DNA of 45,783 nt, from positions 1 to 45,783 of the forward strand of contig JAKMCZ010000126.1 of assembly GCA_022428185.1 (NCBI GenBank), read 5' to 3'. Made by a program: the position numbers and the translations under genes. How positions within the stretch are numbered: position 1 is the stretch's first letter; each line of letters starts with the position of its first letter. Shown here piece by piece: positions 1 to 8,745 of this stretch. The stretch comes from Alphaproteobacteria bacterium. Lineage in GTDB: Bacteria > Pseudomonadota > Alphaproteobacteria > RS24. The notes below the pieces were generated by a model. The model did no database searches, had not been told where the DNA came from, and saw only the letters and a list, made by a program, of their open reading frames with translations.

Positions 1-17
1 CGTCAAGCGACAGCTAG

Positions 18-488
18 TCAGTCTTTGCTTAAAAAGCCGCGTGCCATTTGGGCAGCGATGAAAATCGTGACCAGTGCCGCAATCACCGCCACCAAATAGC
101 CAACCGTGCCCAATATATTGGCGGTGCCCAGCGTGTTATCGGTGAACGATAGCGCACGATTGGCCGAGGCATTGCCGAACCAGTAAAATACCGTATTGGC
201 CCAGCCGGCAAATATAGTGCCTTTGGCGTAAAGCGTCAGCCTATCCATTGCCAGTCCGCAATGCGGTAAAGCAAAAGCGATAGCGACCATGAGCAGCGCA
301 TTGAGTATACCGCCCGAATGTGCCCGCACCCAGCCATCAGCCGTGCCGAAAACCGGAATACCCATGAAAACGGTTGGTAGGATTTCCAACCCGCCAATGA
401 GACTGAAAGCCAGCATAAAGCCTGCGAGCAGACCGATAACCAGCACCAGCATGGCGTGTCCCAGTAAATTTTTTTGATATTGTTCCAT
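18..488 (-). CDS. styC: Styrene-oxide isomerase (StyC)-like heme b membrane protein
   Basis: 156 aa from ATG at 488 (GGGGG SD-like upstream). Four hydrophobic segments; GWVRAHSGGILN and FYWFGNASANRALSF match StyC GWARAHSG..LN and FYLFSN..NRGLTF, keeping the heme-ligand His, the Asn six residues later and the catalytic Tyr. Confidence 0.8.
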   Translation of the reverse strand: MEQYQKNLLGHAMLVLVIGLLAGFMLAFSLIGGLEILPTVFMGIPVFGTADGWVRAHSGGILNALLMVAIAFALPHCGLAMDRLTLYAKGTIFAGWANTVFYWFGNASANRALSFTDNTLGTANILGTVGYLVAVIAALVTIFIAAQMARGFLSKD

Positions 489-525
489 CTTATCCCCCCA
501 GATTAAGAATTCAGTCAAAACGCAT

Positions 526-1437
526 TCAGAGCTGCATAATTTGCGCCATCGCATCGCGATCAATATCCAGCACATTGCCGCCTTTGGCGTCGTGTTTACG
601 CCAAGCAATCGCGACCGGATTTTGCTTATTGGTGGCTAGCGGATGATTGCGCGGATTGTAATCTCTGGCGAAGACAGGAATTGTCTGCCACGCCATTTGC
701 GCCAATGTTTTGAAACAAAACCCCATTGCCGATGCTGCTTTAATCGGATTTTTAAACCAGCCTTCGATGCGCGCCATATGCGTGTAAGCCTTAACCGTCT
801 CGCGGGCGATATGCAGCCCGGCCATCAGCACCATATATTTGCGATACCACTCATGCTTGCCATAAAGCGCGCGATATACATCATGGGCCACCGAGCCGTG
901 CTCGACTTCTTCGACCTGATGCCAAACCCAAAGCGCCTTCATTACCGGATTGCTGTCGGCCATCCATTTTTCATAATTTTTCAGAATGATGAGACCGGCG
1001 AGAAAAGTGAAGGTTTCATAACCTGCCGTGAAAGCGACCTTGCGCTTCTTGCTGTCTATTTTGGCAGCGCGTTTGAAATAGGCTTTATTGGCGCTATCAA
1101 GTTTTTCAACTTTTGGATAACGCTTCGCCATTAGCGCATTAAAGGCAATAAAATTGCGCGCGTGATGGCCTTCTTGTCCGGCTAGCGCGACCATATCGCG
1201 GCGCAACCCGTCATCGGCGACATCATGCTTCACCGTATTCATTGTGTGAATGAGATAACGCTCAAAATACGGAACATGCAGACCCAGCGCGTTGATAAAG
1301 ACAGAAAAATAAGGCGAGGATTGGCTCCACGCACAATCCTCCGGTGTCAATCCATCAATATCAAAATCCAGCGAGCGCACCGGAAAATTATCCATCGGAT
1401 GCGCCGAATTTTGAGTGGTTTTACTTTTCGCTGCCAT
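526..1437 (-). CDS. PF10118-type 'metal-dependent hydrolase', ferritin-like diiron protein
   Basis: Pattern FERY...QEGHHA...YETFT...WHQVEEVEHGSVAHDVY (E...ExxH...E...ExxH) typical of this family. Confidence 0.8.
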   Translation of the reverse strand: MAAKSKTTQNSAHPMDNFPVRSLDFDIDGLTPEDCAWSQSSPYFSVFINALGLHVPYFERYLIHTMNTVKHDVADDGLRRDMVALAGQEGHHARNFIAFNALMAKRYPKVEKLDSANKAYFKRAAKIDSKKRKVAFTAGYETFTFLAGLIILKNYEKWMADSNPVMKALWVWHQVEEVEHGSVAHDVYRALYGKHEWYRKYMVLMAGLHIARETVKAYTHMARIEGWFKNPIKAASAMGFCFKTLAQMAWQTIPVFARDYNPRNHPLATNKQNPVAIAWRKHDAKGGNVLDIDRDAMAQIMQL

Positions 1438-1502
1438 TAGCTAATCTCCACGCTCAATTTGGGGTTTTCAGCTCACAAAGTCAACGAACAGGCAGGGCGC
1501 AA

Positions 1503-2738
1503 ATGCAAGAACGGCAGACACAGATTTTCTTCGGCTGGTGGGTGCTTATCGCTATCGGCTATAGCCTGTTTATCGGCGCAGGCATGATTTTCTATGCCAT
1601 GTCCGTCTTGCTGGAAGCACTGGTGGCGACGCGTGGTTTTTCAGTCGCGCAAATTTCCGGTGCCAATACGATGTTTTTGGTGGTTGGCGGTCTGGCAGGC
1701 ATTGCTGTCGGCGAACTGATATCGCGCTTCGATGCGCGCTATTGCATAGCTTTCGGCTCCTTATTTATCGCGGTGATTTATTATTTACTGCCCGCCGCGC
1801 AATCCCTGTTTACCATTTATCTGGCCTATGCCGCTTTGGGCTTGGGCTATGCCATGACGGCATTGGTGCCGGCCACAACTTTGGTGGCGCGCTGGTTTGT
1901 TCGCCGCCGCGCATTAGCCATTGCGCTCACCCAGTCGGGCTTGTCTTTGGGGGGCATTATTTTGACCCCCTATTTGGCTCGCATGTTGGAACTGGACGGC
2001 ATGGACGCAATGCGCGCGCCGTGGGCATTGGCGGTGATTTTATTTAATATTCCGCTGGCTCTGATTTTGCTGCGCCCGACGCCGCAAACCATGGGTCTGA
2101 ACCCCGATGGTGATGGCGACAATCAACAGGCCGAAAACAATACTCAAACCGGCTTTAGCGCGGCTGAGGCAATGAAAAGCCGCTTTTTTCGTTTGTCGGC
2201 CGCCGCCGCTTTTCTTGCCCTGATGGCGCAAGTCGGCACCATTGCCCATATTTTCAAATGGGGATTAGAGCGCGCCGGCGATGAGACCGCCGCGATTACC
2301 GTCGCGCTATTGGCGGTTTGCTCGCTGACCGGTCGGCTGGTATGCGGCGCGGTGCTCGACCGGCTCAATCTGTTCGTCTTTGTGTTGGTTATTTATGCGC
2401 TGCAAGCGACTGCCATGTTCGGCATGGCGATGGTCGAGGGTGATTTAGCAGTTTTGCTGTTCACCGCTTTTTTCGGTTTTACCGTCGGCAATATTTTAAT
2501 GTCGCAACCGCTTTTGGTCGCCTCTGCTTTCGGCGTGCGCGACTTCCCGCGCATTTTGAGTGTGCACCAATTAGCGATGAATGGCGGCGTTGCATTGGGG
2601 CCGGTCGCCATTGGCTTGATGTATGATTTCGGCGGCGGCTACGGCAATGCGTTTGTTTTTGTCGGCCTATGCAGTCTCGCGGCGTTGGTCTGTCTTTATG
2701 CAGCCAGAGACCCGCTGGAGACCGCTTCACTCAACTGA
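1503..2738 (+). CDS. MFS transporter (OFA/monocarboxylate-like)
   Basis: About 12 TM segments; FFGWWV start, ARWFVRRRALA and GAVLDRL motifs; start trimmed to ATG 1503 (MQERQ). Confidence 0.85.
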   Translation: MQERQTQIFFGWWVLIAIGYSLFIGAGMIFYAMSVLLEALVATRGFSVAQISGANTMFLVVGGLAGIAVGELISRFDARYCIAFGSLFIAVIYYLLPAAQSLFTIYLAYAALGLGYAMTALVPATTLVARWFVRRRALAIALTQSGLSLGGIILTPYLARMLELDGMDAMRAPWALAVILFNIPLALILLRPTPQTMGLNPDGDGDNQQAENNTQTGFSAAEAMKSRFFRLSAAAAFLALMAQVGTIAHIFKWGLERAGDETAAITVALLAVCSLTGRLVCGAVLDRLNLFVFVLVIYALQATAMFGMAMVEGDLAVLLFTAFFGFTVGNILMSQPLLVASAFGVRDFPRILSVHQLAMNGGVALGPVAIGLMYDFGGGYGNAFVFVGLCSLAALVCLYAARDPLETASLN

Positions 2739-4094
2739 CGGAGCCGGTTTGGTTACCCGCCATGCGCCGCCAAAGACGGCGAGCATGATAATGCCGGCAT
2801 ACAGCACCAGCGCGATAACCGTGCATATGAAAATAGCCTTCAGGCCGAAGCCGAAATAATTAATCAGCAGCCATGCGCCGCCGACCGAGAGGACGAAACG
2901 CAACACTTGGGCGCGCACCGGCCAAGTCATATTGCCTGCGCCTTGTGACGCAAAGTAAAGCACCAGGCCGATGCCGAGAAAGGCATAGGCCGGGCCGACG
3001 ATTTGAATATATTGGCGCGCCGTTTCAAAAGTCGCCGCATCATCGGTAAATATCGGTATCCAAGCATTGGGAAACAGGGCCAGCAAACAGCCTGCCATGC
3101 CGCAAATAATGGCTGAACATGCAACGCCATAACGTCCCGCCAGTTCGGCGCGGTCATAGTCTCCGGCACCGATATTGGTGCCGACAATGGTGGTCAGCGC
3201 CGTGCCGAAAGCGAAAATTATCGGCAACATAACAAACTCGATGCGCGTGCCAATGCCATATCCGGCCAGTGCCTGTGTGCCGAATTGACCGACCAAAGCG
3301 GTCAGGCCTAAAATGGTTGCAACGTTTAAAAGCGGGTTGAGGCTGGCAGGGCGCGCCACCATTAAGATATCGGCAGCCAATTCGCGCCGCCAACCTTGTT
3401 GATCCAAGGACAGTTTAATGGCGCGCTTGCCGCGCTGTAATTCAACCAGAAGAATGACCAAAACAATCGCGTTTACGATAACGCTTGAAGTTGCCGCGCC
3501 GACCACGCCCATCGCCGGTGCCCCCCAAAGGCCGAACACTAAAATAGCGGTTAGCGGCACTTGCAGCGCGGCTGATAAAATCATCAATTTGGCGGGAAAG
3601 CCCATATCGCCCGCGCCGCGATAAACCGCGCTGACGGCGCTGCTGAGCCAGATAATCAGACCGGCAGAAAACAAGACCCAGCAATAATTCATCGCCATTT
3701 CAAGTATCACGCCGTCGCCGCCCAGAAACATCAGTAATTGTCGCCCGAACAGGGCAAACATAATGAAAAACACCACTGCGCCGATAGCGCCGCCATAAAT
3801 ACCGTGCCAGACCAACTTCTCGGCATTGTCGCGATTGCCGTTGCCCAGAGCGCGCGCAATCGATGCAGTTATCGCGCCACCCAGCGGCCCACCTGACATG
3901 GTTTGCACCAAAATCAACAGCGGAAAGACCAGCGCGATGGCGGCGAGTGCCTCAATGCCGAGGCGACCAATCATGTAAATTTCAGCCAGATTGACACAAC
4001 CCTGCAAGGTGAAGGCCAGCGTGTTTGGCGCCGTCATCTGCAAAAGCAGGCGCAGCGGCGGCTCGGTCAGCATGGCTTGAGTGCGGTCGGTCAT
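2727..4094 (-). CDS. MATE family efflux transporter
   Basis: IGRLGIEALAAIALVFP, YRGAGDMGFP, ALAGYGIGTRIE and VGTNIGAG motifs; about 12 TMs. Confidence 0.92.
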   Translation of the reverse strand: MTDRTQAMLTEPPLRLLLQMTAPNTLAFTLQGCVNLAEIYMIGRLGIEALAAIALVFPLLILVQTMSGGPLGGAITASIARALGNGNRDNAEKLVWHGIYGGAIGAVVFFIMFALFGRQLLMFLGGDGVILEMAMNYCWVLFSAGLIIWLSSAVSAVYRGAGDMGFPAKLMILSAALQVPLTAILVFGLWGAPAMGVVGAATSSVIVNAIVLVILLVELQRGKRAIKLSLDQQGWRRELAADILMVARPASLNPLLNVATILGLTALVGQFGTQALAGYGIGTRIEFVMLPIIFAFGTALTTIVGTNIGAGDYDRAELAGRYGVACSAIICGMAGCLLALFPNAWIPIFTDDAATFETARQYIQIVGPAYAFLGIGLVLYFASQGAGNMTWPVRAQVLRFVLSVGGAWLLINYFGFGLKAIFICTVIALVLYAGIIMLAVFGGAWRVTKPAPSVE

Positions 4095-4161
4095 TGGCTA
4101 CCCTGTTTGAGAATTGGCGGCAGCATAGCGGCTGGTCTACAAATCGCCTAGACTTATTGCT

Positions 4162-4725
4162 ATGGATCATCAATCTGTAATTATGGAAACCGACCGGCTT
4201 TGTCTGGTCGATTTTACCGATTTGAAATCCGATAACCATCTTGATGGCTTAGCAACAATGAATGGCGATGCCGAGGTGATGGAATTTTTTCCGGCAACGC
4301 TCAGTCAGGCAGAAAGCGCGGCGATGTTGCAACGCTTGATAGACCACCGCGCCGCGCATGGCTATGCGCCATTTGCGCTGCACAAGAAAGACGATAACGC
4401 GTTTATCGGTTTTACCGGCTTGATGCTGGCGGATTTTGAGGCACATTTTACCCCGGCGGTCGAAATCGGCTGGCGTTTTGTCAAAAGCGCGTGGGGGCAG
4501 GGGTTTGCGACCGAGGCGGCGCGCGCCTGTTTGTCTTATGGCTTTGACGAATTGGGTCTGACGGATATTGTGTCTTTTACCGCCGCACAAAATACGCGTT
4601 CAATTCGTGTGATGGAGAAAATCGGCATGCAGCACAAGGCCGCCGATGATTTTAACCACCCGCATCTGACCGAGGGTCATGCGCTTCGTCACCATGTGCT
4701 TTATCGAATAAGGAGTTCGAAATGA
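4162..4725 (+). CDS. GNAT N-acetyltransferase (RimJ/RimL family)
   Basis: ETDRL, VEIGWRF..AWGQGFATEAA, N.RSIRVMEKIGM. Confidence 0.92.
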   Translation: MDHQSVIMETDRLCLVDFTDLKSDNHLDGLATMNGDAEVMEFFPATLSQAESAAMLQRLIDHRAAHGYAPFALHKKDDNAFIGFTGLMLADFEAHFTPAVEIGWRFVKSAWGQGFATEAARACLSYGFDELGLTDIVSFTAAQNTRSIRVMEKIGMQHKAADDFNHPHLTEGHALRHHVLYRIRSSK

Positions 4726-4949
4726 AATATGTCCAATGGCTGAAATGGGGCGGCACAGTGTTTGTTCTGACCGGCATTTTGTTGACCAATATGAATATCT
4801 ATCCGCTCAATATACTGGTTCACGGCACCGGCTCAATCGGCTGGACAGCGGCGGGAATTATCACCAAAGACCGCGCCTTAACGGTAAATTTTGCCATGCA
4901 ATTGCCGCTTTTCGCGCTCGGTTATGCCAAAGTCGGCGGGCTTATTTAG
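4722..4949 (+). CDS. Small membrane protein (DUF6552-like)
   Basis: 75 aa, about 3 TMs, LKW...NIYPLN...GW...KDRAL...N pattern; ATGA overlap with the GNAT stop. Confidence 0.65.
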   Translation: MKYVQWLKWGGTVFVLTGILLTNMNIYPLNILVHGTGSIGWTAAGIITKDRALTVNFAMQLPLFALGYAKVGGLI

Positions 4950-5015
4950 GGTGCTAAATCATTGCACCGTGTCGCGAATTATCCGACACTTGACGTGGTA
5001 ACTAGGAGATTTGTT

Positions 5016-5339
5016 ATGCGTAAGACGTTTCTCGTCTTGGTGGTGGCTATGCTGGCTTTGCCGGTCGCCGCACCGGTTTTTATCAGCGATGCTCAGGCTC
5101 AGGCCTTACCGAAATGTCGAAATGTGGCCGGTTATGAGCCTAAAGCGACCTGTCAGGCACGCAATGAACGCGCCCAATGGCAGGCTCAGCAAACCGCGCG
5201 CATGACGGCGCAACTTGTCGCCGAAGCAATGGCGCGCCAAGCCGCAGCCGAACAGGCCAATGAAAGCGATGAAGGCTTCATGGATATGGTCAGCGGCGTT
5301 ATCGGCTCGGTTGTCGAAACGGTCAGCGACTTATTTTAG
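5016..5339 (+). CDS. Hypothetical secreted protein
   Basis: AGGAGA SD before ATG 5016; signal peptide MRKTFLVLVVAMLALPVAA...AQA; two Cys; Ala/Gln-rich helix. Confidence 0.65.
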   Translation: MRKTFLVLVVAMLALPVAAPVFISDAQAQALPKCRNVAGYEPKATCQARNERAQWQAQQTARMTAQLVAEAMARQAAAEQANESDEGFMDMVSGVIGSVVETVSDLF

Positions 5340-5357
5340 GCGGTAATCGCTTTTTGC

Positions 5358-6005
5358 TTAATCGGCTGTCGTGCGCAGCTCATCAGCCGCCAGTTTTTCT
5401 GCCAAATCATGGCTCAGCAGTGCGTCAAAGGCCGCTTTCAGGCTTTTGCGCTTCAACAGTTTTTTCAGCTTTTTAGCCGGCCAAGCAATCAGCACACTGC
5501 CTTCATGCGCATGAACGGTGGCCGTGGTCACCACGTCTTGCGAGAACGAAATCTCGCCAATCAGCAGATTGTCGCCAACCTCAATCTGATTGCCGTTTTT
5601 ATTTACCGTCGCGCTGCCCGACACAATGTAATAGAGCGTTTTTGGTGCCTTGCCTTGCTCGGTCAGTTGGGTTTTTTCGTCCAGCACTTGCCACTCGCAA
5701 TGCTGCATCAGGCGGCGAAAATCAGCCTCTGAAAATTGCGGCATTTCTTTTGCCAGAGCTTGCTCTTCCGGCGATAGCGGGGTGGTGAAGCGGTTGCGCA
5801 GGGCGCGCCAAATAACCGCCAGATTGACCAGCAAAATCACCGCCGCCCATAAAACGGCGAAAAAATTACCGTCGCCTAGCGCAAAGCCATAAATAAATAC
5901 AGCCGCGCCGACAGCAAATACGGCGCGCGATAAAACCACATCACGAATAATGAAACCGATGAGAAAAATCGCTGCACCGGCATTGAGGACAAGAAACTGA
6001 GACAT
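5358..6005 (-). CDS. Popeye-type membrane protein with cyclic-nucleotide-binding domain
   Basis: Three N-terminal TMs followed by a cNMP beta-barrel (LTEQG...LYYIVSG...IGEISF...TATV); no HTH. Confidence 0.75.
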   Translation of the reverse strand: MSQFLVLNAGAAIFLIGFIIRDVVLSRAVFAVGAAVFIYGFALGDGNFFAVLWAAVILLVNLAVIWRALRNRFTTPLSPEEQALAKEMPQFSEADFRRLMQHCEWQVLDEKTQLTEQGKAPKTLYYIVSGSATVNKNGNQIEVGDNLLIGEISFSQDVVTTATVHAHEGSVLIAWPAKKLKKLLKRKSLKAAFDALLSHDLAEKLAADELRTTAD

Positions 6006-6084
6006 AAACCTTTTTAAAACCTCTAAACTTTCAATGAATCATAGCTTAGCTTAGGTTACAGTTCTACTCTAACCGGAGTTCGAC

Positions 6085-6726
6085 ATGGCTCATTCATCTC
6101 CTTTACCGGCCTCTTTGATTGCCCGCTTTAACACGTGGAAGCAGGAACATTTGCCCGCCAAAGCCGAGCTTTTCGCAGATTTGGCGAGCGGGCAAAACCC
6201 GATGGCTATGGTCATCTCATGCTGCGACAGCCGTGTGCAGTCAACCGAGATTTTTGATGTGCCTGCCGGTTCATTCTTCATTCACCGCAATATTGCCAAT
6301 TTGGTGCCACCCTATCAGGCGGGTGGCGACGCGCATGGCACGGCATCGGCATTGGAATATGCGGTCAAGGCGTTGAAGGTGCCGCATCTCATCATTATGG
6401 GTCATTCAGCCTGCGGCGGGGTGCAGGCCTGCTACGATATGTGCGAAAATGATGTCGCAGCGGCCGATGCGGGTTTTGAGTTTGTTGGGCATTGGCTCGA
6501 GAACTTGCGCCCGGCGTATAAGCAAATTCCGGTAGATGCTGATGACCCGTTGGTTGAACTGGGCCGACAAGGTGTTCTTGCCTCGCTCGAAAACCTTATG
6601 GACTATCCGTTTATCAAAGATGCGGTGGCACAGGGCGGGTTGCAATTGCATGGTCTGTGGCATGATATCGGCGCGGCTGAGCTATACGCACATAATTCTG
6701 AAAGCGGGGCTTTTGAACCGCTCTAA
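6085..6726 (+). CDS. can: Beta-class carbonic anhydrase
   Basis: GQNP, CCDSRV, HRNIANLV, ALEYAV, GHSACGG (Zn ligands C, D, H, C). Confidence 0.96.
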   Translation: MAHSSPLPASLIARFNTWKQEHLPAKAELFADLASGQNPMAMVISCCDSRVQSTEIFDVPAGSFFIHRNIANLVPPYQAGGDAHGTASALEYAVKALKVPHLIIMGHSACGGVQACYDMCENDVAAADAGFEFVGHWLENLRPAYKQIPVDADDPLVELGRQGVLASLENLMDYPFIKDAVAQGGLQLHGLWHDIGAAELYAHNSESGAFEPL

Positions 6727-6808
6727 ACGCTTTGGTTTTTAATCAACTCGGCTTCACAATTTTATATGGCTGGTGCAGGATATGTTTCCAAGCTGCGGGA
6801 GGATGGGC

Positions 6809-6892
6809 ATGGTTCAATATTTGTCGACTGAGTTAGCGGTTATCAGTGCCGCCATCGTCGCTATTGTTTGGCGAACTTTTTCCAATGAGTAA
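6809..6892 (+). CDS. Candidate 27-aa single-TM small protein (MVQYLSTELAVISAAIVAIVWRTFSNE)
   Basis: GGGAGG at 6797-6802, 6 nt before ATG 6809; hydrophobic core; stop TAA 6890-6892 overlaps the next start (ATGAGTAA). Not in the ORF track. Confidence 0.4.
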   Translation: MVQYLSTELAVISAAIVAIVWRTFSNE

Positions 6893-8744
6893 AGATAAAA
6901 TCAAATCTGTCAAAGCGCCAATGCAGGCCGTGGTGCATGCCGTCAATGTGGCGGTCGGCGATGCCGTGAGTGCCGGACAAGAACTGGTCATATTGGAAGC
7001 AATGAAAATGCAGCACGCCCTGGCCTCGCCGGTAGCGGGCAAGGTCACGGCGTTGAAATATGCGGTCGGCGAGGTGGTCGAAGAGGCCGCTTTGGTGTTT
7101 TCGGTGGAAGCAGGCGAGGTAGCAACCGATGTTGGCACAAAAGCCGAGACGCAAGACCTCGACGACGTGCGCGCCGATTTAGCTGAACTGCAAGCGCGGT
7201 TGGCGCGCACGCAAGATGCCAATCGGCCTGAAAAAATGGCTAAGCGACACGATAAGGGACATCGCTCGGCGCGCGAAAATGTTGACGATTTATGCGATGC
7301 GGACAGCTTCATCGAATACGGTCAGCTTATGGTCGCCGCGCAGCGCATGCGACGCGATTTGGACGACCTTATCGATAACACGCCGGCCGACGGGCTGGTG
7401 GCAGGTTTTGGCGCAGTTAATGGCGCGGATTTTGACGATGACGCAGCGCGCACTGCGGTGCTGGCCTATGACTATACCGTGCTGGCCGGGACGCAGGGCT
7501 TGTTCAATCACAAAAAGACCGACCGCGTTTTGGAAATGGCGCATGAATGGCAATTGCCGACCGTGTTTTACACTGAAGGCGGCGGCGGCCGACCGGGCGA
7601 TACTGATGCGTCGAAAATCTCCGGCGGTGGGCTTGATGTGATGACCTTTGCCACTTGGGCGCAAGCCAGCGGTGTCGCGCCACGCATAGCGGTTAATAAT
7701 GGTTATTGCTTTGCCGGTAATGCGGTCTTATTCGGCTGCGCCGATATCACCATCGCCACCAAAGACAGCTATATCGGCATGGGCGGACCGGCGATGATTG
7801 AAGGCGGCGGGCTGGGCGCGGTTGCGCCAACCGATGTCGGGCCGATGGATATTCAAACCGAAAATGGCGTGATTGATTTGCTGGCTGAAGATGAAGCCGA
7901 CGCGACCGCAATGGTCAAACAGCTTTTGTCTTATTTCCAGGGTGCGCTCAAAACCCATCAATGCGACGACCAGCGTAAACTGCGCCATGTCATTCCCGAA
8001 GACAGAAAGCGCGCTTATGATATGCGCACGGCGATTGAGATGATTGCTGATACGGGCAGCTTCATGGAACTGCGCCGCGCCTATGGTAAGGGCATGATTA
8101 CCGGCTTCATGCGCATTGAAGGGCGCCCCTTTGGTCTGATTGCCAATAATCCGGCGCATTTAGGCGGCGCGATTGATGCCGAGGCGGCAGAAAAAGCCGG
8201 TCGCTTTGTCCAGCTTTGCGACGGGTTTGAGCTGCCGATTGTTTCTTTCTGCGACACGCCGGGCTTTATGGTCGGGCCTGAACATGAAAAGTTCGGCACG
8301 GTGCGTCGTGCTTCTTCCATGTTGGTAGCCGGTGCCAGTATTTCTGTGCCGGTGTTCATGGTGGTGCTGCGCAAAGGCTATGGGCTGGGCGCGCAGGCAA
8401 TGGGCATGGGCAGTCTGCATGTGCCGCAAATGACGCTTGCTTGGCCGACCGGCGAGTTTGGTCCGATGGGGTTGGAGGGCGCGGTGCGCCTCGGCTATTC
8501 GAAAGAAATCGCTGCTGCCGGTGGCGAAGGCACAAAAGAGGGCGATGCGATTTTCAATAAATTGCTCAATGCGATGATTGCCAATGGCAAAGCCTTGAAC
8601 GCTGCCATGTATCACGAAATCGACGCGGTGATTGACCCAAAAGATACGCGCAGCTATTTGCTACGCGCGCTGAAATCCATGCCGGTTGGCAAAAAAGGTG
8701 GCGGTAAAGGCAGCGGCAAGCGCCCCTTTATCCCGACTTGGTAG
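6885..8744 (+). CDS. Biotinyl-domain plus carboxyltransferase protein (long-chain acyl-CoA carboxylase-like, no BC domain)
   Basis: N-terminal EAMKM biotinyl domain; CT motifs YDYTVLAGTQG, EGGGGRPGDTD, DTPGFMVGP, GPMGLEGAVRLG. Confidence 0.88.
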   Translation: MSKDKIKSVKAPMQAVVHAVNVAVGDAVSAGQELVILEAMKMQHALASPVAGKVTALKYAVGEVVEEAALVFSVEAGEVATDVGTKAETQDLDDVRADLAELQARLARTQDANRPEKMAKRHDKGHRSARENVDDLCDADSFIEYGQLMVAAQRMRRDLDDLIDNTPADGLVAGFGAVNGADFDDDAARTAVLAYDYTVLAGTQGLFNHKKTDRVLEMAHEWQLPTVFYTEGGGGRPGDTDASKISGGGLDVMTFATWAQASGVAPRIAVNNGYCFAGNAVLFGCADITIATKDSYIGMGGPAMIEGGGLGAVAPTDVGPMDIQTENGVIDLLAEDEADATAMVKQLLSYFQGALKTHQCDDQRKLRHVIPEDRKRAYDMRTAIEMIADTGSFMELRRAYGKGMITGFMRIEGRPFGLIANNPAHLGGAIDAEAAEKAGRFVQLCDGFELPIVSFCDTPGFMVGPEHEKFGTVRRASSMLVAGASISVPVFMVVLRKGYGLGAQAMGMGSLHVPQMTLAWPTGEFGPMGLEGAVRLGYSKEIAAAGGEGTKEGDAIFNKLLNAMIANGKALNAAMYHEIDAVIDPKDTRSYLLRALKSMPVGKKGGGKGSGKRPFIPTW

Positions 8745-8745
8745 G

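Noticed and set aside
1344-1502. N-terminal extensions in the ORF track (also at 608, 4962, 6846, 11263, 14700, 15509, 25272, 29990, 35479, 35499 and 38848)
   Set aside because: Downstream ATGs have better SD sites and/or match family N-termini, and several extensions overlap neighbouring genes.
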